From contig NC_043004.1 in NCBI RefSeq assembly GCF_006345805.1, positions 7,068,001-7,132,000 on the forward strand: a DNA stretch of 64,000 nucleotides, in the 5' to 3' direction. The first letter of the stretch is position 1; each line of letters begins with the position of its first letter. Source of the stretch: Octopus sinensis. Taxonomy: Eukaryota. The translations under genes and the position numbers were made by a program. Of the stretch, positions 13,629 through 26,620 are shown piece by piece. Under the pieces are notes generated by a model that saw nothing but the letters and a program-made list of their open reading frames with translations, was not told where the DNA came from and did not search any database.

Positions 13629-13835
13629 TTTTTTGTGGTCTGCCTTCGCATCAAGAGTGGCTTGCTGTTTCGCCTTATTCGTTGGGCCTTTAGTAGGGCT
13701 CTGCTGCTGCTTGGATGAAGTAGACTTTACAATATGATCTTTGTTCCCTTTAACAGCCGACTGACCACTGGGTACTTTAGTGAGCTTTGTTTTAGCCTTA
13801 GATTGTTTAGTCTGAGTGTTTGTTTGTAGAGGCTG
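13629..13835 (-). CDS. Coding exon 2 (69 aa, QPLQTNTQTKQSK...AKADHKK)
   Basis: Acceptor TTTTATTTGCTTGCAG, donor AAA|GTATGT, 207 nt, phase 0/0. Composition matches the flanking exons. Confidence 0.85.
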
Positions 13836-14983
13836 CTGCAAGCAAATAAAATTTGTGGTAAAGAAAAATGTCCTTTCGCTCTCTGCTTTTTTTAAAAATT
13901 TAATTATTACTTTAAATTACTTTAAAAAAAAATATAATAAAACTAAATATGTCCTGAATCACAGTTAGTGAGATAAGTAGCCACTAATCTTGGTTGGGGA
14001 CATAATGTATATTTAATGATTATTTAGAAAAGGCATATCCAGCCAGAAGCTTTTGTATTTTTGCAGTAAAAGCTATAATTCAGTCATCGTTTTAGGCTTT
14101 ACCCCCAGATCCATAGATAGTTTTAGGTTTAAGGTGTAATTCACCAATTCACCACCAATTAATAGCAGTTGTGCTTTTAAGCAAAATTCTTGGGACACTT
14201 GCAGGTGGCAATCAAAATTTGGAATTGGCTTTCAGTTGATGTAATAATATATGCTGGAACAATATTATAATTGGCTGTAGACGGAATACATTAAATTTTT
14301 CACAAGGAAGCAACTGTGATATAGTGATTTTTTTTTTAACAGGCAGAAATTTGTGGCAGCCAAAAAAATATAACTAAAAGAAAAAAAATAAATAAAATAA
14401 GAAAGCCTTTCGTGTACAACTGAGATGATAAAATGTGATAGGGTTTGACAATATTAGTAAAATACATTAAAACAAACATGCTGTAAGATTGCTGAAAAGT
14501 TCAATCTGTTCTATTGATATAAGATACAACAATAATAGCAACAACATCAACAACAACATCAAAGTGAAGGGAACTGATTGACTAATAGCAATGCAAAGCA
14601 ATAAATATATAATTACAATAATTAGTAACAGTGCTAAAAGAAGATTAAGCTACATAAGTTATTCTAATCGGTCAGTGGAAAAAATAATAGAAGTGGATAG
14701 AAGACTCAGGTTTGGTTGACAGCAAGTGCCTTATGAATACAAAAGTTCTCAAATAACAAAGTTACTTTTTGAAGTGGGAATTAGAGTCCAAACAAATGTA
14801 ATTTGTTTGTTTCTGGAAATTTCTTTCTTCAATTCATCAGAAATCATATTCTTTTCTTAAGTTATGTAGTTATAGTTCTAGATTTTTTTCCAATCTAAGA
14901 GGTATTTTTCTGTTGGATGCTGTTTCTTAGATGAATCCCTCAAATATGAAGGAATGGTAAGTTATTTCAACCATGTTGATTAA

Positions 14984-15208
14984 CCCTTAAATGGCAGACA
15001 TCATCAATTAATGTTTCAAATATTTTACAGTGATACAACCATCATCAAATTGATAATGAAATTGTAAGTTTTATTGTGCAAGAGATTAACAATTATTAGT
15101 TTTGTACTTAATTAAAGTGCAAGTAAGAATAAAAAGAGATGTTTTTTTTTGTTTTTCGCCTCCTGTTTGGCACACACATTCATGCAACCCCCTCCTGCCA
15201 TTTAAGGG
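14984..15208. mobile_element. piggyBac-type MITE
   Basis: Perfect 14-bp TIRs CCCTTAAATGGCAG / CTGCCATTTAAGGG, flanked on both sides by TTAA. Confidence 0.85.
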
Positions 15209-16489
15209 TTAATGAAAAAGAGCAGCATAATACATGTAGCAGCTCATCTAGGGATAAATTCAAATCCAAAAGCTAGATTTGAACTAATCAATCATCTTAC
15301 AAACTATACAGTCCAGCATCATAACCTTTCGGCTACTGCACTTCTCATAAAACACAGATTATGTGTTGAGAGAAAACAAGTGAAAATGTATTCAAGTTGG
15401 TTTTGCAGTTGTGTTATGTGAAAGAGTGATTAAGCAAATCTAAGAAGTAAGCTCAATTTGGAAGACTTTTATGTAAAACTTGTTACTAGAGGTATTATGT
15501 AAGCATATTATTAGCAATTTATTATTATTAATATTATTCCTTAGAAATAATATAAAGTAAGTAGATTAATTCAAAGCTCTAAATATCACAAGTAAAGTTT
15601 TTCTAACATCCAGGAATTCTTTAATTCTCTTCTGTTTACCAGCTGATAGTGTCTACAATACCAGAAAATTGAATAGATGACACTGATGTCTATGGGAATT
15701 TTGCTTGGAACTGAATGAAGACTAGTTAGCAGAGTTTTGAGAACTCTAACCATTCAAAAGAATAATATATTTTATTTTATTTTACTATTACTAAAATCTA
15801 ATTTAACAATTATAACCAAAAGAAATTCAAGTTTAATTAAAATAAAATTTAAAAAGCAGAAAGTTGAATTCACACAACATTAAAAAAAAAAAAAAAAATT
15901 AAATTTTGGGGAAATTAGTTTTGGATACTGTACTTGCAAGTGAATAGAATATACAATATTTTTATTTTAAGATCAATGCAAAATCATCGACAATGCCTTA
16001 AAAGTTTGGTTATTAAACTCAAATATAATTGGAAAGTATATCACCCTTTGAATGAAATGTTTGGATGCTGACAATTTGGCATGGCTGACTGGACATTCAA
16101 TCTGTTTTTGCAAAAAGTACTTTTTGGCACTAGAGGCAAACACACACACACAGAGAAATATACACATATAAATAGATAGAGGGAGAGAGCGGGGGAATGA
16201 GAGAAACATTAAAACATCTGATGTCAAATAGGTCAGTTGAATCAGCCATGCCAAACAGGTGGCAGCAAAGCAGCTGTGCCGAAATGTCACATACTCTATT
16301 GCACTATATCTAATAACCTTGATTGAAATACTCTGACTTATGTTTCAGTATATTATACACACTTGCAAATACAATAATTACAATAAAAGAAACATAACAT
16401 TGAGTAAAAAAACAACAAAAAAAAAAAAACAATAGGTATCAAAGAAATGAACAAGCATAAGCACACGCACACAACATACATTTATTATC

Positions 16490-16522
16490 TTTATATATAT
16501 ATATCCACACACATTTACATAC

Positions 16523-16605
<83 letters not shown>

Positions 16606-16686
16606 CACACACACACATATATATATACACACACACACACACATACATATATATATACACACACACACACACATACATATATATAT

Positions 16687-16767
<81 letters not shown>

Positions 16768-16790
16768 TATATATATATATACACACACAT

Positions 16791-16821
<31 letters not shown>

Positions 16822-16882
16822 CACACACATATATATATATACACACACATACACACACACACACACACATACACACACACAT

Positions 16883-16948
<66 letters not shown>

Positions 16949-16965
16949 CATATACATATGACAAG
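16490..16965. repeat. Compound (TA)n/(CA)n microsatellite; source of the YIYI/HTHT pseudo-ORFs
   Basis: Direct reading. Confidence 0.95.
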
Positions 16966-17624
16966 TGAAACTTGCAGAGATGACATTGTCATTGAGCAAA
17001 TACATAAACTCTGAAAAAGGAAATAATACAATAAAATGTTGATGAATATATTCTTCTTTATCTTTTATTTTTTTTTTTATTTTAATTTTTTTTTTTTTTT
17101 AATGTTTTTGTTTTGTTTTAGAGATAAACTCTGTCTAAAGGTGGAAACTTTTGTACTGCAAAAGAATGCAACAAGTTGACTTTAGAAATAAAAAACAACA
17201 TAACAAAAAAATAACAGATGACTATTTTTGTTATAAACCAAGATCAAAGTTCACAAGATACTTTTTGAAATCACCATTTAAAAAAAAAAAAAAAAAAAAA
17301 ATCAAAACAAACTAATACTATTATCAGTGAAATTATTTCCTTTTATACATGCATGAAGAAAAGAATGGTATTGTAGTTATTTGTAATAATTACAAGTCAT
17401 ATTGGTATTGATAAAGGTCCCCAAACAAGTGAATATATAAATGGTAACATCAATTTCTCCTACAATAAATCTTACATCTGGTATGCAGTATAGAAGCTTA
17501 CCCCAGTTTAACTTTTAGCCTTTTACAATTTAGATTACACTGTCAAATGTAATGCCTATTTATTTGCATTGTTTTCAATTAATCATGCATTATTTTGTAG
17601 CCTTGAGATTTTCATGCAATACTC

Positions 17625-17965
17625 TTTACTCTTTTACTCGTTTCAGTCATTTGACTGCAGCCTAGTATTTATTCTACTGGTCTCTTTTGCCGAACCGCAA
17701 AGTTATGGGGACGTAAACACAGCACCATCGGTTGTCAAGCGATGTTGGGAGGAGGGAAAAACACAGACTCACAAACATACGCACACATACACACACATAT
17801 ATATATACGATGGACTTCTTTCAGTTTCCATCTACCAAATCCACTCACAAGGCTTTGGTCGGCCCGAGGCTATAGTAGAAGACACTTGCCCAAGGTGCCA
17901 TGCAGTGGGAATGAACCTGGAACCATGTGGTTGGTAAGCAAGCTACTTACCACACAGCCACTCCT
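17625..17965 (-). mobile_element. SINE family A
   Basis: Full head-to-tail similarity to the other copies, with an internal CA/TA tract. Confidence 0.8.
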
Positions 17966-18509
17966 GATTGTTTATTTGAGGAATGACATCGTAGAGTAGG
18001 TGTGAGAGGTCAGATCTGACTGGTTTGAACATAAAACAAATAGGATATATCAGCCAGATTTGGTTGTCTAAATGCTAAAGGATTACAGAAATTCACCCCA
18101 GTCTTTGAATGGTCCTTAATCTGGCTGGACCTGGTGGCAGGCTCTTGAGTCCATCTGTTTAAAAAAAAAATTCTTTTTTGCAAGTATGCTTAATTCTAAT
18201 TATCAACTCTTTTGAGGTCAACCAGCCCAAGACTCTATGATTCTGGGATTTAGATTAAAACTTTCCATCAGAACTTCCTGCAAGTTTATGTTCCAAACAT
18301 CTGCTTAACAACGACAAAGTTATTTCACTAAATTCTTCATTATCTTCAAAATTAATTGATACAAAGACAGTATATTCTTTTAGACACAAAGCCCAAAATT
18401 TTTGTGGGGTGGGGGCGGAGCAGTTGATTAGATCGATTCCAGGATGTAACTGGTACTTAATTTATTGACTCCGAAAGGATGAAAAGCAAAGTCAACCCCA
18501 CAAAGATAG

Positions 18510-19080
18510 TATTGGGTTGTCCAAAAAGTTTGTGCCGATTTTTAAAGGAAAGAAAAAGGTCAATAAATACTTGTTATTACATTTTTAATCAACCAAATAT
18601 GAACCATTTTGCTGCACAATGTGTCTCCATCTTTCCTTTAACCTGAAAATACCCTCTTCCCAGAATTGAGGTGGTTTCATGGCAAAGAATTCATCAAGGT
18701 ATCTTTTTACGTCATCTAAGGAATTGAAATTTTTACCATAAAGACTATTCTACAGAGACCTGAATAAGTGGAAATCTGAAGGAGCAATAACTGGTGAATA
18801 TGGAGTGTGGGGTAACACATCCCAGCCCAGCTGCAGCAATTTTTGTCTGGTTCCCAAAGCATCAAGTGCCAAAAATGAACTTTCTTATCTTCCATTTTAA
18901 AGGGTTTAGAGAATTAACACGGGTTATAGGAACATAAATCTTCTTCCACAAAAAGATAGCTTAAACTGTGCTCTAAATGGAGGTGTAGACAAACCCTATT
19001 TTATGGGCTCAACCATGTTCTAAAATAAGTTGAAAGGTAAGCTGCTATAAATCGGCACAAACTTTCCGGACAGCCCAATA
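18510..19080 (-). mobile_element. Internally deleted mariner element
   Basis: TIRs tattgggttgtccaaaaagtttgtgccgatt / aatcggcacaaactttccggacagcccaata with TA ends. Minus strand retains the transposase C-terminus YSPVIAPSDFHLFRSL...KERWRHIVQQNGSYLVD. Confidence 0.85.
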
Positions 19081-22000
19081 TATTGCAACAGAAATATGAC
19101 AACAAAAGGGTTAAACCTATAATGATTTTTATTTTCATTTATTTTATTGTGATACTATAAAGAGACAGCATGTAACAAAGAATCCAAAAAAGAAAATAAT
19201 TAAGCCTAATTAATTTTAAAATAGTTTTTTTTTGTTGATGTATCCAAGGAGAATTATCATAGATATACAGATAGGCATACATCAACTGACATACATTTAT
19301 AAATCCTCAAATCAAAGCCAGGTCAAAGATCAATATGTCAAAAAGATGAAGTTTATTGTTTATTTTATCAAAGCAGTGTTGACTTAAGATAACATTCAGA
19401 ACAACAACAATTAACATGTTATTCATTGAAAGGTATTAAGGTTAATTGGGGCCTATATGAAAAACAATCAGAGTATTAACTACAATACATATACATTTAT
19501 AGGACCAAGATCTAATATTTACTCTCCAACAGGTAATATGAAAGATGGCAATCACAGGAATTTAAAAGAAAAGACAAAACTAATATTTGCAATACTAAAA
19601 CAACTGTAAACCCTGTCAACATTTTAATTCTGATCCAGTGGTTCTCATCTGCTGTTGACATAGGATTTTGTTAAAATTTATCGCCAATAAATTGGTCATA
19701 CTTTTACAATACACAAAATATTAAAAAATTTTTTATACAATTGATAATTATATTTAGTTATAAAAATACAGTAAGATTGCTTTTTATATACAGTGAATGG
19801 CTATGGAGGTCCAACAGAGTATAATAGAAATCAAAGAGGCCCACAGGCAAGAAATGGTTTGAGAACCACTGATCTAACCATTGGTGGCAAATTGGGTGTA
19901 ATATCTTGCAATATCTGTTGTGGCTCTTGAGTTCAAATCCTGATGATGTCAACTTTGCCTTTCATCTTTTTAGAAGGTTAGGATAGATGCCTTGTGGTGA
20001 CACTGGTGCCAAGCTATATCTCAGACTAAGATGGTGGTCTTTTCCTTGGATAAATACCAGAGAAGGGAAATTTGCATACTCAGGGAACTGCCAAACATCA
20101 TCATCAATGTCTGTTTTCCACACTGGCATGGGTTTGACAATTTGACAGGATCCAGTGAGCCACAGAGCCACATTGTACCACATTGTCAAGTTTGGTATGG
20201 ATTCTATGGCTGGATGCCTTTCCTAACACCAACTACTTTCCAGTGTGTACTGGGTGCTTTTTTTCATGCCAACAGTACTAGAGAGGTTATCAAGTAACTT
20301 GCAAGGTAAAAAAAGAACTGTCCCCCATAGCTAAGTGGGGTTAATATTCAAGAGGGGAAGAGGTGGTTTTTTAAGCCAGGTGTTATGGGGAGGGGGCTAA
20401 TACCTTTTCCATACCTGCCCCTACATGTACATATGTATGGTTAACATTGATGGAGACCCAGTAACAGCTAACAAACAGATATTCTAACTTCCTAAATTGA
20501 TTCTAGTCTTCTCTTCTAAACAAGCACATCATTTAGTGTCCAGTATTCAATGCTGGAATGGGTTGAATGATTTGACAGGATTCATCAGGTCAAACAGATC
20601 TGGCTTCTCACACCTACCTAACAATGTCATTGTAAAACTATACAATGACATCATTGAAACCTCAAAACTACAAGATAACACACAGTTAATTTAAAGCAAT
20701 CTAAATGAAAATGATGCATTACATTTGACAGAGTAATCTGAATGCTAAACAGTTAGATTATTACTACTGATTAGCTTTTAAACCCTTAAGCATTCAGATT
20801 ATTGTCATATGTAATATTTATTAATTACACATAGTTTTGAATTAATCAATGCATTATCTTGTAGTTTTGAGATTTAAATGATATGATAGTTTATTTTTAG
20901 AATAACATTGTAGGCTAGGTATGAGAGGTCAGATCTGGCCAGCTTAAATGTTAAAGGATTAAGGCAGTAGATGGCATAACTGGAGAGTTGGTAGACAGAC
21001 AAAACGCTTTGCACTAGTAATTTTTTCATTAGAAAATACTAACACTTAACAATTTAATGGTTGGTCAAGAGGCAAAGTTGGTAGATTCCAAAGTAAAATG
21101 TCTACCATTAATTTCATCTTACAAAATTTTTTTGTTCAAATCTCACTGGAGGTTCACCCAACTTTGGTTTTACTTCCACTAGGTTTAGAAAGAGAAATGC
21201 ATCATGTTTGTATTGGATAATTGACCATATCTGTGTGATATAGTTGTTTCTTTGTATCATCTTTGTTTTTGGAGCCTGGTGCAGCCTTCTGGCTTCCCAG
21301 ATCCCAGTCGAACTGTCCAACCCATGCTAGCATGGAAAACAGACGTTAAACGATGATGATTGCTTGTTTTCTATCACAACTGCTAGACAACATATCTTTC
21401 TGAAGCAAGTGTGATAAAGAAGCAACTGTAACTCGATGCAAAGCAAATATCTCAAGGGTTTTCCTTGAGATATTTATTTTATTATTAGTGTTTATATCTT
21501 TTGTTAATATACATTAATGAATTAATAAAATAAGGCCAGGGGGACAACAAAATAACATGGAAAATGTGCAAAAACACACAGAATGGCCAGTAACTTGTTT
21601 AACCACTCAGACATAAACATACATTTATATCTGATGAGCTTCAGTACAGTTTCTGTCAATCAAATTCAACTCATAAGGTATTGCTCAACAAGAGGCTGTG
21701 TTAGAAGACATGTCCAAAGTGCTACACAACAGGATTTCACAAAGAATCATGCAGTTGTGAAGTTAACTTCTTAATTACACAGCCATGCCTATGTCCATTT
21801 AGCTGCTGTGTTGCATGAGGACCATATATAATGAATTCTTAAGAGACACAAGCCATAAAATTTATAGAAATTAAAATGAGATTGTGTAGTATGCTTAGCT
21901 TTTTTTTTTCAAGAGTATTAGTCACAAAATGACAAATGACTGAGAGCAGTGACCTCAGCTCCTTGAGAAATTACCTACATACTATGACTCTTGTTATATA

Positions 22001-22874
22001 CAATAAATAATATTTAATGAAACAGTTGTGACAATTAATTGTTCAGATGTTACACTTGTCTGTTGACTTATCCTAGATAAAGAAAAAACAAAATCTATAC
22101 ATTATAGATTCACTACAGAATGTATTAACTTCCCTTTTCACTTAAGAGATTTTAGGAAGCAATTTAGAAAGAAACCATTGAATCTATACAATGGTTATTT
22201 CTTTCTAAGCATGGATCAAAGGTCACAAAAAGATTAAAATTATATTTAAGGGAACTGTAGACAAGGCTTATTACATGGCTCCAATAAAGATTAAAAGTAG
22301 CAGGAGAAAATTTTTTTTAAATATTCCAAGGAATTTTATATATTAACTGAATAAACTTAACTTCTTTTTACTGCGGATTTTCACTTTTGACTGCCAAAGA
22401 ATGTACATTTATCATCATCATAGTTTTTATGTCCAGTTTTCCTTGCCTGCATGATTCAGACAGGATTTGTTGAGGAAGATTTTCAATGGTCAGACGACCT
22501 TCTTTTTGCTAAATCCTCACCTGTTTCGAAGCAAGGGAATATTTCTCCTTGGCCAAACATGCTTTCATGGAAGATTAGAAACAAAGGACATTGTTTGCAT
22601 TACTCATAACACATGCACACACACACAACTGATTCCTTTTGATTTCTCTCTACCAAATCCACTCACAAAGCTTTGGATGGTACAATGCTACAGTAGAAGG
22701 CACTTGCCCAAAGTGCCATGCAATGGAGCTGAACCCAAAACAATGTGATTGGGAAGAAAACTTCTTACCGCACAGGCATACTAATGCCTATCATAGTCAT
22801 GCCTGCACCTATTGTACACATGTATATTTGTGTGAGTGAGTATATTTAAAACGTGTATGTATATATAATTCCTT

Positions 22875-23069
22875 TAATTGTTTCAGTCATTTGACTGCGG
22901 CCATGCTGGAGCATCGCCTTTAGTCGAGCAAATCGACCCCAGGACTTATTCTTTGTAAGCCTACTACTTATTCTATTGGACTCTTTTGCCGAACTGCTAA
23001 GTTACGGAGACGTAAACACACCAGCATTGGTTGTCAAGCGATGTTGGGGGGGGGGCACGACGACGACAA

Positions 23070-23152
<83 letters not shown>

Positions 23153-23305
23153 ATATATACAATGGGCTTCTTTCAGTTTCCGTCTACCAAATCCACTCAT
23201 AACGCATTGGTCAGCCTGAGGCTATAGTAGAAGGTGCCATGCAGTGGGACTCAACCCGGAACCATGTGGTTGGTAAGCAAATTACTTACCATACAGCCAC
23301 TCCTA
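22875..23305 (-). mobile_element. SINE family A
   Basis: Full-length copy with an expanded internal (TA)n. Confidence 0.8.
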
Positions 23306-25160
23306 TATATATATATATATTATAGTTATCTATGTATCATGTGATGTAAATACATTGTTGAAATGCAAATTTACTGCAAGACTCATCAAGATCGAAATGC
23401 ATCTAGCATTCTCATTAGCCACTGCTAGGATGACTCCTGGCTTCCTGCAATAAATAGTGTTTTAAAGCATGGTACATCCATAAGAGGTGCTATCTCTGAA
23501 TGAATACCACAGTAAGCTATATAGATATAAATATTGTGTGGTTTTGAGTTCATTCTACATCAACATCAGTAAAAATTGTTAATTTATTAAACTAACATTG
23601 TTGAAAATAAAACATTCTAACACTTCATTTTCAGGGTTCATGAAAGAGAAAATATTTTGTCAAAGTAGGCGGTTTCCAGCCAAAAAGTGAAAGTATTTTT
23701 CTACAAAATGAAACTATCAAAGATTCAAATTACAATAATATAGCCAGCTGTAGACTGTTGGTCAGATACTATAAAGCATGTGTGATGTCATTATTGAAGT
23801 TGGATTCATTAAATATTTTAAATAAATTTCTAATTAACATCATCATTTAATGTCCATTGTCCATGTTGGCATGGATTGAACGGTTTGATCAGGGCTGGTA
23901 AGCTGAGGAGCTGCACCAGACTGCAATCTAATTTGGCATGGTTTCTACGACTGGATGCCCTTCCTAATACCACCCACTTCGAAAGTGCAGTGGGTGCTTT
24001 TATGTGCCACTGGCATGGGAGCCAGTTGTAGGACACCAGTATCTCCCATGACTACAATTTCACTTGGCTTGATGGGTCTTCTCAAGCATAGCATATTGCC
24101 AAAGGTCTCGGTCATTTGTCATTGCCTCCGTGAGGCCCAGTGGTTTTACATTTTGGCACAAGCCCAGTAAATTTAGTGGGAGTGGATAAATCAATTGCAT
24201 TGATCCCAGTGTTCAACTGGTACTTATTTGACCAACCTTGAAAAGATGAAAGGGGAAAAAAAATCAACCTCAGTAACATCTGAACTCAGAACACAAGGCC
24301 AAAAGAAATGCCACTAAGCATTGCCTTTAGATTCCTAATTAACAAGAGCAAAACACAATTGTTAACTACTTAGGCGTTTCAAATGTTAATCGCAGATCAA
24401 AGAGATGGATACATATATGGAGATGTACCAATCCTAAGCAAAATTACCTTTTGTTCAAGTCATCAAGCTCATATATCATTGGGCGTGTGACATGACATTA
24501 AAGCAACAGCCCATAAATGCACTTTCATTTTTGACCTAAAAATGTCTTCTTCTGACAAGGTAAATACTTACACTTGCATGGGGCTCTGGAAATGAAGTAA
24601 CACCAAGGTGTCTTATTCAAATAATAGAAAAATAGTCAATAAACAAAAATGTGATTACCTATTTCAAAGTTTATATAAGGAAAAAACAAAACATAAAAGT
24701 ATTTATATCTATCCATCGAGCTATAATTATGTCTAATCAAAGTGTTCTGGGTAGATTTCATAGACAGAAACTGAAAGAAGCTCACTGTGTGAGTGTCCTC
24801 ATCTTGATATCACATGGTAGTTGTAAACGAGTGCCACCGTCATACAAACAGTGTCGTTCATTTCCAAGATTCCAATGAAACCTGTTCTATCATGAGGAGA
24901 TCTTACTTTGCATGGGAACAAGTGAAGGCTGACAACAGGAAGGACATCCAGTCACGGAAAATATACCTCAATGGATTCTGTCTGACCCATGCAAGCATGG
25001 AAAAGTGGACATTAAAACAATGATGACAGTGATGCCTGTATATAACTTACAAGCACATTTTAAACTTTGTAACTAAAAAATAATGAAACTGTGATTGTGA
25101 TGTTATGAAACACAGTTTAGATCTTTCTTGTAATATTATATTTTCAAAACATACAATAAT

Positions 25161-25546
25161 GGCATAGGAGTGGCTGTGTGGTAAGTAGTTTGCTTCTAAA
25201 CCACACAGTTCCGGGTTCAGTCCCACTGTGTGGCACCTTGGGCAAGTGTTTTCTAATATAGCCTTGGGCTGACCAAAACCTTGTGAGTGGATTTGGTAGA
25301 CGGAAACTGAAAGAAGCCTGTTGTATATATGTATATATATATGTATGTGTGTCTGTGCTTGTCCCCCCAACATCACTTGACACCGATGGTGGTGTGTTTA
25401 CGTCCCTGTAACTTAGCGGTTCGGCAAAACAGACCGATAGAATAAGTACTAGGCTTACAAAGAATAAGTCCTGGGGTTGGTTTGTTCGACTAAAGGCAGT
25501 GCTCCAGTATGGCTACAGTTAAATGACTGAAACAAGTAAAAGAGTA
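25161..25546 (+). mobile_element. SINE family A
   Basis: Head with A/B-box-like gtggctgtgtggtaag...gggttcagtccc, CORE-like caccttgggcaagtg, and tail aagtaaaagagta. Confidence 0.8.
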
Positions 25547-26204
25547 ATGATTTCTTATACTAATCAATTGAATCAACTGGTATTTATTATTTGTCAGCCC
25601 TAAACAGATGAAAGGTAAAGGTGACCCAAGCAGGACTTTAGTTTAGAACGTAGAGGGATGAAATAAACTATTAACAGCCTTTTCAAAATTTTCTAAGTCA
25701 AAAGTGAAATCTTGGAATGATTCCGTTAAAAAGAGGTTAGAGTTTTCTCCCTTACGTTAGAGAATTTTTTCACTTCCTTCAAAATTAATGCAAAGAAGGT
25801 TGGTACAATTCTTGCGATATCATGCATTTTAAAACTGAATGAATGATGACAGTCCTGTATGATATTGTAGGCCATACAGAAAATTAAGAGTAAATACTGT
25901 TATGCGGTTAATATTTCCCATTTTTTCTGCCATGTCACTGCCCCTCATATTCTTTGGAGGGTGAGTGTGAAAGGAAAAAGATTAAGAAATATCAATTATC
26001 ACATACACACACACACACACACATTCAAAAATTTATTTTGGTTTTGTAAGAAATTGCTCTCATCTTCATAAGGTTCATATCTATTTTACTAAAAGGATTT
26101 TGTTTGACAGGGCCCCTTTTTTCTGCCAACCAGTCCCAGAATGGATTCTTGTTTTAGTAGAAATACTTTAAATATATTTTTTTGTATCTATTATTAAAAA
26201 CAAC

Positions 26205-26620
26205 AGTGAGGTGACAAGCTGGCAGAATCATTAACACGTTGAACCAAATGCTTAATGGTATTTCGGCTGCCGTTACGTTGTGAGTTCAAATTCCGCCGAG
26301 CTCGACTTTGCCTTTCATCCTTTCGGGGTCGATAAAACTAAGTACCAGTTACGCACTGGGGTCGATGTAATCAACTTAATACCTATGTCTGTCCATGTTT
26401 GTCTCCTCTATGTTTAGCCCCTTGTGGGTAATAAAGAAATAGGTATTTCGTCTGGCTCTTTATGTTCTATCGAGGTCAACTTGGCCTTTCGTCCTTTCAG
26501 GATTAATAAAATAAATACCAGTCAGATATAGGGGTCAATATAATCAACATGGTTTCCTTCTCCCTCTCAAAATCGTTAGCCTTGTGCCAAAATTAAAAAG
26601 AATTATTAAAGACAACTGTG
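26205..26620 (+). mobile_element. tRNA-derived SINE (family B)
   Basis: agctggcagaatc...gagttcaaattccgccgag...gcctttcatcctttcggggtcgataa. Other copies near 42075-42900, 46875-47060 and 55590-55810. Confidence 0.7.

Noticed and set aside
16378-17031. Long ORFs of [12 protein letters not shown] composition (also near 23.0, 32.1, 52.0 and 53.7 kb)
   Set aside because: Translations of dinucleotide microsatellites.
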